A stretch of 44,880 bases of DNA from a virus (Duplodnaviria > Heunggongvirae > Uroviricota > Caudoviricetes): the IMG/VR virus record IMGVR_UViG_3300043436_004750, one strand, 5' to 3'. Each line of letters starts with the position of its first letter. Positions within the stretch are counted from its first letter, which is position 1. The notes under the pieces are model-generated. The model worked only from the letters and a program-made list of their open reading frames with translations. It had not been told where the DNA came from and did not search any database. The translations under genes were made by a program, and so were the position numbers. This document shows positions 43,791-44,880 of the stretch, piece by piece.

Positions 43791-44438
43791 ATGGCTAACA
43801 TTAAAGAGAATAAAAGATTTCATTTTACTTATAAGACAACAAATCTTATAAATGGAAGATATTATCTGGGAATGCATTCAACTAATCGTTTAGATGACGG
43901 TTATTTGGGAAGTGGTAAGAGACTGTACTATGAGTTGAATAAATACGGCAGAGACAATTTTAAATTTGAAATACTGAAGCAATTTGAATCAAGAGAACAA
44001 TTAGTTCAAGCTGAAATAAAATTAATAACAGAACACGATTTAAAAAATCCAAACTGCTTAAATTGTAAACCAGGAGGCGAAGGAGGGTTCCTAGATAGTA
44101 CTAGAATGGATAATGCAGAAAGGAAGCGCAGGTTTCTTGATAAGATGAGTAACGATAGTGAGTATAGGGAAGGATTTTTAGATAAGTGTAGGGAAAACTA
44201 CCCTAAGACCTTAGGAAAATATAAAGCATTAGGAACTCACGATTATGCAACTTTTAAAGGAAAAAAGCATACACCTGAAACTATTGAGAAAATGAAAGAG
44301 AGTAAGAAGGATTACGGAAAAGGATCTACAAATTCTCAATACGGAACTTGTTGGATAACAAATGAAGTTGAAAATAAAAAAATATACAAAGGCGACTCAA
44401 TTCCTCAAGGATGGAAATTGGGAAGGAAATTAAAATAA
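43791..44438 (+). CDS. Seg-like GIY-YIG homing endonuclease, paralogue of 40465-41118
   Basis: HFTYKTTNLINGRYYLGMHST...YLGSG; shared C-terminus NSQYGTCWITNE...GRKLK. Confidence 0.85.
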   Translation: MANIKENKRFHFTYKTTNLINGRYYLGMHSTNRLDDGYLGSGKRLYYELNKYGRDNFKFEILKQFESREQLVQAEIKLITEHDLKNPNCLNCKPGGEGGFLDSTRMDNAERKRRFLDKMSNDSEYREGFLDKCRENYPKTLGKYKALGTHDYATFKGKKHTPETIEKMKESKKDYGKGSTNSQYGTCWITNEVENKKIYKGDSIPQGWKLGRKLK

Positions 44439-44442
44439 TTTT

Positions 44443-44514
44443 AGTCTATTGGTCCAGGGGAATGGATGCCTGCCTGTCACGTAGGAGACCCGGGTTCGAA
44501 TCCCGGATAGACCG
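44443..44514 (+). tRNA. tRNA-Asp(GTC)
   Basis: CCTGC-CTGTCAC-GTAGG; A1:C72 mismatch; G73. Confidence 0.85.
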
Positions 44515-44521
44515 CAACAAT

Positions 44522-44597
44522 GGCGGGTGGATCCGGTTGGTATCGGGGGTAGTCTCATAAGCTACATTAAAGGAGGTTCGATTCCTCCACGTCGCAA
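44522..44597 (+). tRNA. initiator-like tRNA-fMet(CAT)
   Basis: GTAGT-CTCATAA-GCTAC; unpaired 1:72 and a bulged acceptor stem. Confidence 0.7.
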
Positions 44598-44786
44598 CAA
44601 AGCCGGTTTTGACACTCCGCTCATGGGAGGTCAGTTTTCTGGAGGAGAAAATTGGGATGCAGCATTGAGGGTTTTAAAAGTTTGTACCGACAAAGAATGG
44701 GTTTTGCCTGCAAAGCGTGTTTACGCCTTATAAACACAACTTGAAAATAGAAAGGGGTGTAGGTCAGCTTTAACCGAACCCTATTT

Positions 44787-44859
44787 GGACCTGTAGCTCA
44801 GTGGTAAGAGCGCCCGCCTCATAAGCGGAGGGTCGGAGGTTCAAATCCTCCCTGGTCCA
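44787..44859 (+). tRNA. tRNA(CAT), probably Ile2 (lysidine type)
   Basis: GGACCTG/CTGGTCC; TAGCTCAG D arm; loop CTCATAA; A73. Ile2 versus Met is an inference. Confidence 0.8.
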
Positions 44860-44880
44860 CAAAAATATTTTATCCAATAA

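Noticed and set aside
38763-44733. ORFs overlapping tRNAs (38763-38963, 39310-39717, 39714-39899, 42029-42244, 43467-43745, 44527-44733)
   Set aside because: They run through clear tRNA cloverleafs and translate to tRNA-derived nonsense peptides.
1-44880. TAG or TGA stop-codon reassignment
   Set aside because: Long conserved genes are intact under code 11, and TAG ends proteins at natural termini (for example NrdB ...DWSDL*); no canonical suppressor tRNA is present.

Overview
A 44.9-kb, AT-rich fragment of a large T4-like myophage, with every credible gene on the + strand. The host is probably Bacteroidota (inferred from repeated (G/T)TTG-N20-TAnnTT(T/A)(A/T) promoters resembling the phylum's -33/-7 consensus, no Shine-Dalgarno sequences, and a host-type lipoprotein). 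Modules in order: neck and tail-fibre genes (1-7552); contractile tail, tape measure and baseplate (7693-20175); replication and recombination (family A DNA polymerase, gp32-like SSB, UvsX/RecA, 5'-3' exonuclease, DnaB helicase); nucleotide metabolism (nrdB, nrdA, thioredoxin, queC); small accessory genes; and a 6-kb array of 25 assignable tRNAs covering all 20 amino acids, plus tRNA-like and structured spacer RNAs. Seven free-standing homing endonuclease genes (GIY-YIG and HNH) and one McrA-like HNH gene are interspersed. The strongest unexplained signals are: (1) a covarying two-hairpin kissing-loop element forming the 5' leader of four homing endonuclease genes from two unrelated nuclease families; (2) a 46-codon leader peptide containing all 20 amino acids, with competing antiterminator and terminator hairpins, just upstream of the tRNA array; (3) a compact pseudoknot upstream of queC; (4) T4-style start-occluding hairpins with an embedded late promoter and a compensatory base change; (5) a probable +1/-2 frameshift in the tail chaperone pair. 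All calls are by eye; no database search or folding program was run.
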